Shown piece after piece: positions 26,854 through 46,580 of a stretch of DNA of 64,000 nucleotides. The DNA comes from Trichinella spiralis (Eukaryota), in contig NW_003526945.1 in assembly GCF_000181795.1 (NCBI RefSeq), positions 2,129,848-2,193,847 of the forward strand, read 5' to 3'. A program made the translations under genes and the position numbers. Numbering within the stretch: the first letter of the stretch is position 1; every line of letters starts with the position of its first letter. The notes beneath the pieces were generated by a model that saw only the letters and a program-made list of their open reading frames with translations, was not told where the DNA came from and searched no databases.

Positions 26854-27283
26854 AGAGTTGTCATAAAAATATTCAAATTAAAATAATTCTGCTATTCTTA
26901 TTTTTTCTTACAAATTCCTTCTAGGCTGTATATATTTATATATCTAACGCATGGTGTAAATCAATAATTTATCGTAAAAATGATCTTCATAAGTGCTTCA
27001 CTTCAAATATTACACGCTCAGTTTACTTGAATAACAAATAATAAATAAACATATGAATAGATACGGCCACACATACATACATAGATACATACATACTTAC
27101 ATATATTCGTATAAGTTATACATAATTAACACATTTATATCATCTTCATTATTTTCAAAAAAAAGTTTAAAATGAAAAGTATTACAAAATAAATACTGCG
27201 CCATAATATATAAATAATGTAATACAAGAAGTACTAATAAAAGATAGTATTTACAATTTACTGGGCATAATGGATTATAGAAT

Positions 27284-32564
<5,281 letters not shown>

Positions 32565-34107
32565 CTTTTTTCTGATTTTTCAAATGCAATTCTGCTGAAA
32601 CAGAACAGAACACAGACCATGATGTTCGATAATTTTTTTTTCTTATCTAATACATCAACACAACAAAAATCTGACCATCAATTTTCCAACATATTATTAA
32701 CAAATATTAACAACAAAGTCGATAAAAATTTTCATTTCATCATTGAACAATTAAGAAAAAAAAAGAAAATTTATCTAATCATTAAAATTATTCTCAATAC
32801 CGAAAAAGTGAAGAATATTAAAAATGAAATCAATAAGCAAACACAACTAATCAAACATATTGCTGTTGCTCTCAAGTGTGAAAAAGAAAACGTGAAAAAG
32901 CGGACAATTTTCAAAATTGACAAATGGAAACTTTTTACTATTGTATTGTAAAGCAATGAAAAGAAAGAAAAGAAAAGAACCACTGGTTGTTCATTGCTTA
33001 AGCGTAAATTGCAAAACGAATAATTGCATCCAAATTTTGCACTGCAAACAATTTCCACCTGATGGAAATATTCCATTGGTAAATAAATAATAATAACGGT
33101 GGTAGCTGCAGTTGATGAAGCAAACACGCACGCGCTGGAAAATTATTGAACATAATAAGTTGAAATAAATTGGCCGTAAACATATTATATTCAAAAAAAA
33201 GAAAAAGAAAAAATCTGCACGATTAAGCAGTTTACATACACACACACAGTATGAATATCGATGCTGGCAAAAGTTTGCAAACTGATGCAAAACATGAAAA
33301 TCAACATTTGCCTGCACAACTCAGTGGACAAAAGAAGCAATCTAGCCTAGTACATAGCAGCAGTCAGTGTAGATTGCTGCGCAGCGGGATGTTTGCAAAG
33401 AGAAACGTTCGTAGGAGAAAAACGAACACTATCATCGCATCTAAACGAACGACATCGAACATCTGCTTCACGCTCTAGCTGTGCCGCCGCAACGACCGGC
33501 AACTGCTGTGCAACGGTGATTTTTCTCCACTGCCCCAACGAAGCAGCAGCAAGCTAACATTGAAAAAGCAAAAATTCTGTGTGCAACGATAAAATTCCAT
33601 CGAACACTGTTCTGATGAATGGAAAGATAACAGCAACAGAAATAGAATAAAAGATATGAGCAAGCAAAAAAGTGAAAAAAAACCGACCCGCATTGATAGC
33701 GTTGTTGCATTTTCAGAAAAAAAATATCCACAATTTCAGTGGAAAAGAAAAAGTCCACATGACTGAACAGAAACAAGCAAACAATGCATTTTACAACCAA
33801 CCAACAAGCTCAAATGCAAACAACATTGCAACTTTTCAAAATTTTGCAAAATTATTTGAATAATATCCACACCAACCACAATTAGTTCTTCTACAATGCT
33901 TACATTAAAATTTCCAACTGGAACAGTTTTGCAAAATGTTGTCGGATGAGAAAACAGCGTTGCTTGTATTCATTCATTCGTTTGCATTGGATTATTACTA
34001 TATTCTTTCATTTGCAACATTATTTTACTTTTATGCAAAATGAAATTTTTTCCACACAGGCTTTTTCCCATAGTTCTCTTTCTCTTTCTCCACACAACTG
34101 TTCACAA

Positions 34108-35011
34108 ACACACACACACACACACACAAACACCTCGTTCAAGTGAACTTGAAATTATTATCAAATTCTGCAGCAGAGCAAAATGCAGTCCGCCCTGTTG
34201 TGTTGAACAACGGTGCTCGTCGAATTGAACTACTACTACCACTACTACTACTACTACTACTGAACGATCAATAAAATGCTTCACATCAGTTGGACATTTT
34301 CAAGCTTTTCTATTTCGCGCTTCATAGCACGATATTTCTGTTCTTCCATCAGCTTTCACGGACGACAACCCTATTCCAAATCGATCAAAATACAACTTTC
34401 TTTTTCTTCTCCACAGTCCCCCTGACTCTTTCCCTCCCCTCCCCTCCCCTCTGAATCTTCCTTTTTACAGTACCTCTCTCCCCTTTGCTAGGTTTCTAAA
34501 TCTCTTTGGCAAAGAAATTCATACGAAAGTTGAACACATCTGAAAAGAAGAAATTTAAAAAAATTCCCTTCTCTTCTCTTCTGCTTGTATATGCAAATCA
34601 AATCAAACCACCCCTCAAATATATTCAACATAAAAATTATCATCATCATTATTATAATTATTTTGAAAAATAAATCAATAAATGCTTTCGTTCAGCGATT
34701 GCAAAATAAAAAAAAGAAAAATTAATAATAATATTTCATAATAAGTGCAAAATAAATTTATAAATACCACATAAACTAACTTGTCAGCAATAATAAAAGC
34801 ACAACTAGCATTTTACACGAAACAAGAGAACAAGAAACTGAACTGCTACTGCAGCCTACTGCTGCTGCTGCTGCTGCTGCTGCTTGTATGTTAAAGTGAA
34901 TAAAAACTCATTCGAAACGAAAGATGCAAATCACAAATTAAAAACGCTGTTCACTCATTCAGTCAGCTAACTTGCTAGCTAGCTAGCTAACTAGCCAGCC
35001 AGCTAACCAGC
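34108..35011. repeat. Cluster of short microsatellites upstream of the copine gene: (CA)n ~34108, (CTA)n ~34229-34260, (CTG)n ~34858-34883, (GCTA)n-like ~34966-35011
   Basis: Direct reading of the sequence. Confidence 0.85.
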
Positions 35012-37406
35012 TGAAAACTTTTTGTCAACTTGCTCGAAGAAAAGTTTCACGGCTGCCAGAATAAAATCAAAATGCTTCACATCTCTTATCATCTGGCTGC
35101 TCTTTTTCAAAAATCAGACCGGCTTGAACCCGACGGCAAATTAAAAAAAATACGAAGCAAACAAAACGAAAAAGCTATTTTTATTTTATTCCCAAAGCTA
35201 ATAATGATGATTAAGAAACTTTTTCGCTTTTATCAACGGCGTTATTTCAAATGAATAATGTCGTTTTGCATCAATTGATTGATCAAAAATAATATCCACC
35301 CCCTCTCCCATAATCAATTTCATGATAACTTTTCTCAAATGTGAAAAGAAACTTCAATGCAAAAAAAAACATACTTGAAAGCTTAATCATTTAAAGCATT
35401 AAATATAAAATAACTCGTAATATTAATCAAATAAATGCGACTGATCAAACAATCTATCCATCTATTGATATAAAACAATTTCACAAACTTTTGCAACACT
35501 GTAAACTGAATAAAATTGCACCGCATGCGATTACATTGTTTATTATTGATAATTTATATGCTAATATGTATAAGCAAACAAATGGAATAATTATATAATA
35601 ATAATATTAATCATTTTTCTTCAAACAAATTATATTAAATAAAACTTCAACTTTCAAAAATATTATTCAAATAAAAGAAAATAGACGCTAACGGTGCAAA
35701 GCCGTTCAAGTATACGACAGATCATAAAGTGTGGATCAATAAATCATTAACAACCAGCGGTGGAAAATAAAAATAACCAACTGACGTTTTCCCACTTGCA
35801 ACAAATCAAATATAATATATATTAAAAGAAATCAAAATAAATAAATACATATACATGCAACTTCCAACAAGCTGCCTGCAATGACTAAACAATGAACCTT
35901 CACACATACTACAGTATACTGAAATTAACGTTCACTTGGCAGTATAGAGAACATTTTTAATTCTTGCTCGGAGGGAAAAATAAATAAAAACTGAAAATAC
36001 GTTAAAATATGCAAAAAGACGCCATACACTGCACCTTTCACTTTCAACTATACGTGAACAAATAAAATATTGCCGTGCCCGAATTTGACCATTCCCTTTT
36101 TAAGCAATCGAAGAGAAGGATAATTTTTATACTGCTCTTTTATATTTAAAGATGAACAGAACAATAGCGATAAAAAGCAAATTAAAGTCTGCTTGGAGTG
36201 CTGAATTAATTTTTCACATGTCAACAATATTAATTATCAAATACATAAATATTAAATAATATTAATAAGCGCTTGCACTGAAATCAATTAGAAAATTAAT
36301 TAATCTACATTAAATAAATAAACGCAATTTTAAGATAAAAGGATTTTTATCAGCTTAAATTAACATAATCTTATACAGTAAAATATCTTTATACAGTAAA
36401 ATGTAGAATATGTGGAAAGAAGAACCTGCGGTCATAAAATGCAATACTGCTAATTGCAAACAAATATGCAAAAGTGATTTTTCAAACTGTTAAATGAAAT
36501 GTGCACACACACACACATATATATATTTATTTATTTATTTCTAGGACATTCTTTAAATTACCATAAAGCTGAGCATAAATTAAATGAATTATTCATGAAA
36601 TAAAATTCACTCTAAATTTACTAAATTTGCTTGGCATTAAAACATTGCCGACTGTAGAAACTAAAAATCACAATGTTCCCCACTGTGGAAAAGGTAAGCA
36701 AAGTTATCCAATTTATTCCAAAACAAAAAGATCAAATATGATCGTATCATTTTTGAATTTCACTGGAAATTTTCAAAACAGTTGCTTATATTACCAACTC
36801 AAAAGCCATCACGTACAATAAACAAAACAATGAAATAAAGAATATTGCAGAATGCATTGGTGCTGATTATTCATACAATTCTGCTATGTACATATGAATT
36901 CAACCCGTCCGTATCGACCAAAGCTTTAGGCAACAAATGTACGTATTCACAACCTTGTTCAAATGTCGAACAAAATTCTACTACACTAACATTTTACGTT
37001 TGTACGGAGTGTGGATTGGATTTTAATTCAGTGGAAATCACAATTCTTGAAGCATAACTAATTTCCACTAATCGTCTGATAAAATCTCATTTACTAACAA
37101 TTTCAAAGTGAAATTATGCAAAGCTGGCTTGCTTGTATTAGTTTGAAAGAAGTTCCATTAGCGACCATCGCGTTAACATGCAAATATTAAAAATATTGTC
37201 TTCTACAAGAAAGAATGCGCTTGGAAATACTTGAAAAGCTTGATTTGGTAAACTGAAATGCTCAAAGTACAAATATGTTCAAGAAAGTGCCATATTAATT
37301 GCATGGAAATTGTGCTTCGAAGTCCAATATACAAATCAAACATTAAACAAAAGTAACATTTATAAGAGGATCCGTTCACTGATTTCTACTTTGTCCGAAA
37401 CCGACA

Positions 37407-40400
37407 ATGCAAACAACAACGCACTTCTTTGTCAAGAGAATGTTCATCGCTTTGCAACTACTAAGTACTTGTGCTAAGTTAATTTTTGCATTTTACACAA
37501 ACTTGCAAATCAAACTTGAAATTTGAATCACTTGTCAATAATTTCACTTCACTAACAAACACTAACAATATAAAATGGGATTTGTAAGAGTTGTAAAGAA
37601 AACGATGATGATGACAATGAGATGAAGCTTGCTATTAGCTACAATAGTGGAATGATTATTTGCTTTGCTTTATGCTAAGATGCATTTTTTTCAGTTGGAT
37701 CAAAAAGCGCCAAAACATGCCAATACATACGCGGCTGCTATTTCACAAACTGGGCCCAATACAGAACCGGAGATGCTTCCTACATGCCTGAACACTACCA
37801 GCCTGGCTTGTGCACGCATATCTTTTTCGCATTTGCAAAATTCACCGACAATTTCATCGTCGCAACAACTGAACACAATGACATCAAAAGCGACAACACT
37901 GGACTTTACCAAAGAGTGAACAAGCTGAAACAGCAAGATCCAAATTTGAAAACGCTTCTGTCCGTTGGCGGTTATGGATTCGGAATTCAGTAATTGAAAA
38001 TTTTCATTTTCATAAATTTATCGCTTGAATTTAAAACAAAAAATTTTTCTTAAATGCTTATTTGTAGAAAATTCCAACAATTGGCACGGAATCAATACGC
38101 TCGCAGTAAATTTGTCAATTCGTTGAAAGAATTTTTGCGCAGATTCAATTTCGACGGTGTCGATTTAGACTGGGAATATCCTACTTCTGCTGATTATTCA
38201 CATTTTATAATACTTGTCAAAGTAAGCACTGGAGAAAAGATGTTAAGAAAAATAGTCCCCCATTTGAAAAGTTCCGTTCCGCGGCTATTTTCATTACAAT
38301 TGCATTGTCACATTATTGATCAGTATAATAGGGAAATTTAAATCTCGCATACAAGAAAATAATAGCTAAAATTGTATCAGGATATTGCTGACGCATTTCA
38401 TTACGAATCGGTAACAACGGGCAAGCCAAAACTGCTCCTCACGGCCGCTGTTACCGGCAACGAACAAACCGCTGCAGATGGATACAATGTCCAAGCAATG
38501 GCGAAGTAACAATTTTCACACCATTTTCTTTTTTTCTCCCATTTAAATTCATTTAAATACAATTTTCTTACCAAAAGTAAAAAAAATAATTAAAGATATT
38601 TCGACTTTGTCAATGTGATGACGTATGATTTTCACGGCGGATGGGAAATGCAAACCGGCATCAACAGTCCTCTGTACGCATACAGCGCCGCAGTAGAATG
38701 GGCAAAGCAGTGGAATGTGGTAAGTTATACTAATTTTTCTACTTAATTAAAAATACCAAAAGAAAACACTAGAACATACACGACTGTTAATGCTCAGATC
38801 CGTGTTGGAAGAACAACTGTGTGCATTTGATTTGACACTGAACAACTAATTAATAAAAAAATGCATGATATTTCTAAAATTATTTTGCATCCTGGATGCT
38901 CGCTCACACAACAACCATAGATTATTGAATTTGCACAGATTATGCAAACCAAACATGCATTACGAGAATCAGTGTTTCAGGCTGATGCTGCTGAAGCGTG
39001 GTTCAAAATGGGAATGCCGAGGGAAAAGATTGTCATTGGATTTGCAACTTACGGACGTGGATGGAATCTGCCAATCGGCAATACTGACCACGGAATCAGA
39101 GTTGGAACGCGTGCCGTTGGTCCAGCAACAGCAACGACGTTTGTCCAGCAAACTGGAGTGGCTGCCTTTTACGAGGTATAATGAATAACAGGCACCCCCA
39201 ATAGAGATTGATGAACGACCTCTTATTCATTTATTAGCCGTTGTTTTTATTGATCTTAAACTACGAAGATACACCTCATAAAATTAGCTTGAAAACAAAA
39301 TGTTGCTTAATTCATATTTTCCACCTTAATTTCAAATCAATAATCGTTCTTTTTCAAAAGTTGCATTCGAAAAAAAACCTCTAATGTAATTTTATATGAT
39401 TTGAAATGTCAGTTAAAAATAATCTATTGATAAATATGACAAATGAAAAAAGGAACTGCGTCAAATTTTCAAGAATGCTACATTTGGATTAGATTGCACA
39501 CTTCTTATGTTTCATAATTATTGTGTGCAATGGTTATGAATATTTTTTACGCTCAGATGGGATAATATTTCAGCTGTGCGAAATGTTAGAAAATGGAGCC
39601 CGACGATTCTGGGACGACGAATCAAAAACACCATACCTGGTGCACGATGGGAAATGGTACTCTTACGACGATCCGGACAGCTACAGTGAAAAGGTTTTCA
39701 TATCTGTCTTCAATTCTCCATTCCACGTACTGACAAGCTTAACTTTGGCTTAAGTTGACTTGGCTGCAAAACCAAGGCTACGGCGGAGCGTTCGTTTGGA
39801 GCCTGGATTTCGACGATTTTCAAGGCAAATGCACGTTGACCAACAACGAAAAATATCCACTGATAAAAATGTTCAACCAGCTTCTCTGCGCCAATGCACC
39901 GCAATCGAATGTAAGAACTTTGTTTAAAATTGCATTTTAGCAGTAAAAAACAAGAAAAAATTCCATGCATCCCTCGTGACTGATGATACATTTTCTTTTT
40001 ATGCACAGTGTGCTGTAAAAATTGTAATTTGACTAAAATTTAAAAAAAAGGATATTTTTTTCTGATCTTCCTGATACTCTGTTAAGATATAAGTGAAAAT
40101 TCCACTTTTCAGCAAACGTCCACCAGACGTCCGCTGACGACTTTTCCATCAACAGGTAATAATGACATGCTAATCAATGAGAGCGATTTTGATGAAGACA
40201 CTGATGAAAAATTATTTGAAAAATTCACAGATAAAGCGTGCTACAATAAGCCACCCGGCTTTTGGCCGGATCCCAAGAACTGCGCCGAATTTTTCCTCTG
40301 CCTCGGCAATGGGATTTACAAAATGAAATGTCCGGCCAATTTGCATTTCGATCCACTCTGGCGCCACTGCACCTTGCCCGAATTGTCCGGCTGTAGGCGA

Positions 40401-40670
40401 ATACCAAAGACGGAACCCACCCTGACAACAACAACAACAACAACAACATTAGCTGACGAAAGATTCACCAGCCGTACAACTGCCCAGCCAAGCAAGGGAA
40501 CGTTGTTTGTCTGCGATGCCGACGGCTTCTTCTCCAATCCGACCAATTGCACACAGTTCTACCGTTGTGTCGGTGGAGTAGCGTTCAAATTCACCTGCCC
40601 GCAAGGTCTGCAATTCAACCAAAGGCACAACGTATGCGATTACATTTCCAACGTCAACTGCCCAAATTAG
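37407..40670 (+). CDS. cht-1: GH18 chitinase with Thr-rich linker and two CBM14 (peritrophin-A) chitin-binding domains, ~594 aa; exons 37407-37464, 37695-37989, 38068-38221, 38381-38505, 38596-38719, 38981-39175, 39574-39693, 39755-39910, 40113-40670
   Basis: YIRGCYFTNWAQYR, LCTHIFFAFA, KTLLSVGG, intact catalytic FDGVDLDWEYP, NVMTYDFHG, GYGGAFVWSLDFDDF, and two six-Cys CBM14 modules. First exon uncertain. The symbol is assigned by resemblance to nematode cht-1 architecture. Confidence 0.93.
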
Positions 40671-43356
40671 CACCCGCCATAATTTTACCCAATATCCACA
40701 TAATGATGTCATTTTCTCGTTTCTTTTTTGTTTAATCTTTCAATTTTAATCAGACATGAATTTGCAATAAATTTATCAATTGAAAAATCTAAGACCATTC
40801 TTCATAACATTCTCATTTTTTAAATTCAACACAACTTTATCATTCATTTGTTCAGTCATATTTCATCATCTATTCAATTTTTCCAATAATAACATCGATG
40901 ATCTACTTATCGTCTTCAACTGTGGAAATTATTTATGAAATACACTTCACAACAAAACATTTTTGACATTTACGCTCATCATTTCCAGTTTAGTCAGCAC
41001 TGATGAATCGTACACCGCTGATCAGATAATAAACCAATAAATAAATAAAGCATGGATTGAAACTAACAAGCACAACTATAGCATATGTTGAAACATATTT
41101 TGCCAGCTTATCAGATAATAAAAATAAGAAAAATGAAAGTTTAAAACAAGTCACCGTTTTTCCTCAAAACCAAGTTCTATAATTGCATACTGCATGCGAT
41201 AACACATCAGTAAAACATTTTCCGAAAGTTGAAATCGGCAAAACAATTTCAACAGCATGATCAGATTTTTCAGAAGATGAAAAAATACAAAAAATAGAAC
41301 AACTTACCTGATAGATGTTATTTATTGATGAATTATGCTGCGTATCAAATGTTTTGAAAATGTAAATTTGAATCGTCGGCGGAAAAAATTGCCCACTCGG
41401 CTGCGTAATCTTCAAAGTTGCAACATTTCGACGGAGTTACGGTATAATTTGCACTTTTTGTTCTTTAATACTGTAAAAACAAAATAATTCGTTGATCTCT
41501 AATAAACAAGTGAAACAATTGCGCAAGTCATCAACAAATAAATAAATAAATAAACAAATAAATAAATGACATGTAAAACTTTATTTAAAACCACTTTTTC
41601 ATCATTTTCTGTTGATTCGATTTTTAAATTCACACCAACTAATAAAATACATCTAATAATGATGAAAATTAATTCCAGAAAATTACACCGAATCATACAA
41701 TGATGCATTTGCTAAATTATGAATCAATGTCATGTAGTGAAGTTAGTTTCTTAAAAAAACATGTATATATATAACTTGGATAGAAGTGAATTTTTCTAAC
41801 AATTCATCTCGTCAAAATATTCAATTGTTGTCACTCGACATACTTTCGCGTTGTTCTTTCAAATAAGCATTGCTTTTGCAGTTAATAACTTCAAAATTTC
41901 ACTATTCAAGTTGACCTTGCTGCAAAAAGAAAACAACCAGTTTCCATTGAAAATATTGAATATGAAACCAAATAACGAATAACAAGTAGCCAAACAATGC
42001 GCAATTTTTCCAATTTACAAACGTAGCTGTTTTTTCTAATTTTTATTAAAATTATCACCATACAGAATTTTACAATCTAATAAATGTAAACTTATTTAAT
42101 CTGCAAAATTAATGTAAAAATAAATTTTAATAATCAATGGGAAATTCTTTTTTATTTATCCTATACTTTTTGTGTTTGATTTACAACAGAGACATGTACA
42201 TTCAATTATAAATAATAACTGTCGCAACTGTAATAAAAATTACACACATTTACAATTAACAGTTCTTCTTTTAACGTGGTTTATAATTTATTTCTTTTTA
42301 AATATTTGTGATTTGAAGTTTGAAAATTAAATGTCACACAGTCTGAACAATAAAACAAATATAGAAACAAATACAAATATTTTGGAAAAATGAAAACAAT
42401 AAAACTAATAAACTTTCCAGCAAAATTATAGTTCATAACACAAATAAATACATTGTTAAAAAAAAGTATTTTTGAAATAATATATTACCTTTCATATGTG
42501 ACGATGAATTGAAATTCCTTTTCACTGAATTCAATTCAGTTCTTAAGCAAGCAAGCAGCTTTGTCTTTTTGTATAATATGCAAATGTATGTTTACTCTTT
42601 TGAGTTTTAACTGTAACTTTAAAGTTTTAACAACTTGATAATATTGATGTACTGTACGTATTAGTAAAAGTTTCAAATACATCGAAAACTTTGTCAGTGA
42701 AACAATAAGATCATTTCTGAGTAAAAAATATTTTAATTTTAAATTTCACACTTCTGAACTGTCAAACGACAGTTACATAGCAAGTGGGCATGTATGGAGT
42801 TTCAACAGTGCCTAAATTATGATAGAAAACTCTGCCAATTAAATCTGAGAAAAAGTTCTTTTTGAGGAAGCATTATTTAATGAATAAATTAAAATTCAAT
42901 TCAGAAAATTAAGAATGTTTCTTACAGGCCTACCTGCTGATATATAAACGCATAAATTGACTTTGTGTAAACAGTGTTTAGAAATCTTGTAGATTCAAAT
43001 ACTATTACAACATTTTCTACTATAATTAAGACAATATATTTCAGAAAGTAATTAATATTAAAGTTGAAATTAAAATTTTAAATTAAATTCTCCGAATATC
43101 CATATTTTTGATTTTTTATTTGTAAAATTAATTCCTTTTAACTTTGAAATAATGTACTGCTTATATAAAACTTGTATATTTACAAGAGACAGTAAATAAT
43201 AGCATCTACTTATATGCTTCAAGATTTTTAATCATACTTTTAAAATTCTGTGTTAATTAAAGCAGTTTAATTTTAAATTAAATTTTTCACCCAAATATTG
43301 TAACAAATTGTGCGTGAATTTTTTTACTACTGTATATTTTTCCAAGTTTTGTATTT

Positions 43357-45113
43357 ATGATCATGTGGCTGGAAATCCATTTGGCGAATATGAATTTAGA
43401 ATATTTGTTTTCTATAATATATAATTTGTTTTTGTCCATTTGTGGTGCATACTTGGCAAATGGTTTAATCAAAGAATTTTCTCCAATGTTTGTAAAGAAA
43501 AATCTGAGAGGCATCGATTTGTGCAAAAAATCCAAAAAATTTATGTAATAATTTTGAATATGTAGTCAATGGTGATACAATTCTGTTGATTTTAGCCCAG
43601 AAGCTATTGGAGTAATTTCTTCAGCAGTATATTTGATTATACTGTTTTTTTTTATTCCATCACCGTTTCTACGATGGATTTTTGATGGTAGTCCGTTGTT
43701 TCCTTATCACCAGGCATGTAGTTATTTAATTTTTTATACAAAATTATTTTTTACAGAAGCATTTTATAATAGTATGGTATAAGTGAAAATAATGACAAAC
43801 TAAATGCTATATAATATGGTTGGATATTGGGATTGTTTCATTTGAGATTTCAAGTGAATATTTAATTTCAGTTGGTTGAATTTTTATCTGGAATATTGTC
43901 AATTTGTTGTATGGTATTTCTTGGTTTTGCTGATGATGTGCTTGATCTGCGCTGGCGTCATAAGCTGCTTCTTCCAACAGTTGCTAGTCTTCCATTGCTC
44001 ATGGTTTACGCGGCAACGTATAACTCTACTTCTATTGTCATCCCTTTGCAATTTCAGCCTTGGCTTGGGAAAGTTTTAAACATAGGTCCAAAGGGATACC
44101 TTCGATTGCATCATCTTTACATTAATTTTTTTCAGGTGTACTTTATTATGTATACATTGGGATGGTAGCTGTGTTTTGTACAAACGCTATTAATATTTAT
44201 GCCGGTATAAATGGGTTAGAAGTTGGACAGTCTGTAATTATAGCCATATCGATACTGATTTTCAATATTGTACAACTTGTCAGTAAGTTCTTTTGGGTTA
44301 TTTTGCAGCAATGACTGTCAAAAATGTATCCAACATTAGGATTGGAGCAAGAGTGTCGATACCACATGTTCAGCATTTATTTTTTGCTTCCATATATTGC
44401 AACTAGTCTTGTGCTTCTTCGTTTCAATTGGTAGAATTCTTGATTATATGTATTCTCATTCGAAGAAAATGCTAAAATACTGTTCAGGTATCCGGCAAGT
44501 GTATTCGTTGGTGATACATTTTGCTACTTTTCTGGAATGCTTTTCGCCGTCGTTGGTATTCTTGGCCATTTCAGCAAAACGTTGATGTTGTTATTTCTGC
44601 CGCAGATATTCAATTTCATTTTCTCATTACCACAACTCTTTCGCATTATACCTTGTCCGAGACATCGTTTGCCAAAGTATTTGACGAGCTTTTTTGTTTG
44701 CAAATTTCAATAAGTTGATTTTATTGTTGTACTTTTTTCGATTTGACTCCGCTTCCAATACTCTGACATGCAGTGTAACGTCGTTTCGTTGTGATCAGTT
44801 GAATTTCCTTGGAAAGCATGTGATGCGTTTGTATACCGCTTTGGGTTTGGTTTCTACAAAAGTGCAGCTTGTCGACGGCGTTGAAACTGTCACTTGTAAC
44901 AACTTCACACTGATTAATCTGTTACTGAAGTTTTATGGTCCTACACATGAAAAAGTATTGGTCGTTCGGCTTCTTATCATACAGGTAAATTGCTTTTTCT
45001 TTGCTTGCTTGCTTGCTTACAGTTGTGTTATCTTCCACCAGGTGTTGTGCAACATTTTTGCCTTTTTTCTTCGATTTTACATGGCAAAACTTTTCTTCAA
45101 TGTTGTCGAATGA
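43357..45113 (+). CDS. DPAGT1: UDP-GlcNAc:dolichyl-phosphate GlcNAc-1-phosphotransferase (ALG7), ~420 aa; exons 43357-43544, 43596-43713, 43872-44085, 44136-44282, 44340-44430, 44488-44676, 44741-44984, 45042-45113
   Basis: [92 protein letters not shown]. The model needs one GC-AG intron and one GT-CG intron. Confidence 0.95.
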
Positions 45114-45897
45114 ATATTTTCAAAATTGTCATTTTCATCAGTTCATCTTCTACTACTGTTACCACACTGCTATAAAGCTTCATTAGATATTTCTTCTGAT
45201 ATATATATATATATGCTTAAAATGTAAAGTTTGTTTTCAGTTACTGAATAAACATGTATGTATATATATATATATACGTATATATGGCAAAACATATTGA
45301 AACGTCGTCATACATATCGTTTACACTGAACTGAATACAATTTGAATAGTATTTTATTCAGTATTAACTTGGACAGTAGACACGCGGCTGCTTTAGAGGC
45401 AATGAAAAAAAACAATATAAAGCGCAGTGTAAATGAATCATTAAAATAAAGTAACAAATTGACTAGGAATTCCTGGCGCTTGTATTCGCAACAATAACAA
45501 AACAAACAATGCTCACAAATATATAAATATAGTTGGAGTGTAAAAAATGAGATGGTAATGAATAAAACATTAAAATAATAATAACAGACGATAGCGATAT
45601 GCAAGGAAAAAATAAAATAAAAAAGCATGTGTATATCTCAGATGAATTAAAACTTATCCGTAAAAAAGAATAAAGCGACTAGAGGAGAATATCTGCAAGC
45701 GCAAACGGTTCTATATAATGATCATAATTATTAGCAGTAAGGGTCAATTAAAGGATTTATTTGTGCGCGGCAATTCAGATTTGGAGCAAAGAGATGAGAA
45801 ATAAAAATGAATAATAAATAAAATGGATGTCTTGGCAGATAAATTGAATTCAACTGAAACAGCAGGGAAAATGGTGACATTTTCAACGGAAACGCGA

Positions 45898-46548
45898 TCA
45901 GCTGCTCTGGTCTGTAACTCGTGGTTGGGAACGAGATCGACGAACCGAAGGGGTTCTCCTCCATGGACTAGAATCTCCTGACCGATGAGTATCATAGTCG
46001 GTCCCATCAGACAACAACAGACGAGATGAACTGATAGCGCCGCTGCGAAATTCAATTTCAAACTATAAAAAAAATAAATCAATAATAATAACTTATACAT
46101 GAACATTATACACATATATACATTACATATACATATACATATGTATATATGTATATGTATATGTACAAACAAGTACAACAACAAATTTCCATCCACATCT
46201 ACTAAATGTTCAAGTTTACATACAAATAAGAACTTAAAAAAATGCAAATCCAAAACTGTTTATCAAACTAGTAAATATTAATCTGAAAATGTTTGTCACC
46301 AAGCGTCATGCATGCCACAATTATTGATCATCCCGCCAGTATAAAATTTCCTAAAGCCCTTCAAAATAGCTGCCCAAAGTTGAGCATCGGTGTCCAAAAA
46401 AATATAAATCAAACAATGGTTCATACAAGTTCGAAATATAACAAAAATTTGGTTTTTCTTTAACCATACAAATAACAATATCCATTCAACGCATGCCACT
46501 TGCAAGGCCAGACACGATGAAACTGTACATTTATACAAATAAATAAAC

Positions 46549-46580
<32 letters not shown>

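Noticed and set aside
44677..44690. GTATTT donor as a U12-type intron
   Set aside because: It lacks the RTATCCTT/RTATCTTT 5' consensus and no TCCTTAAC-like branch site is present.
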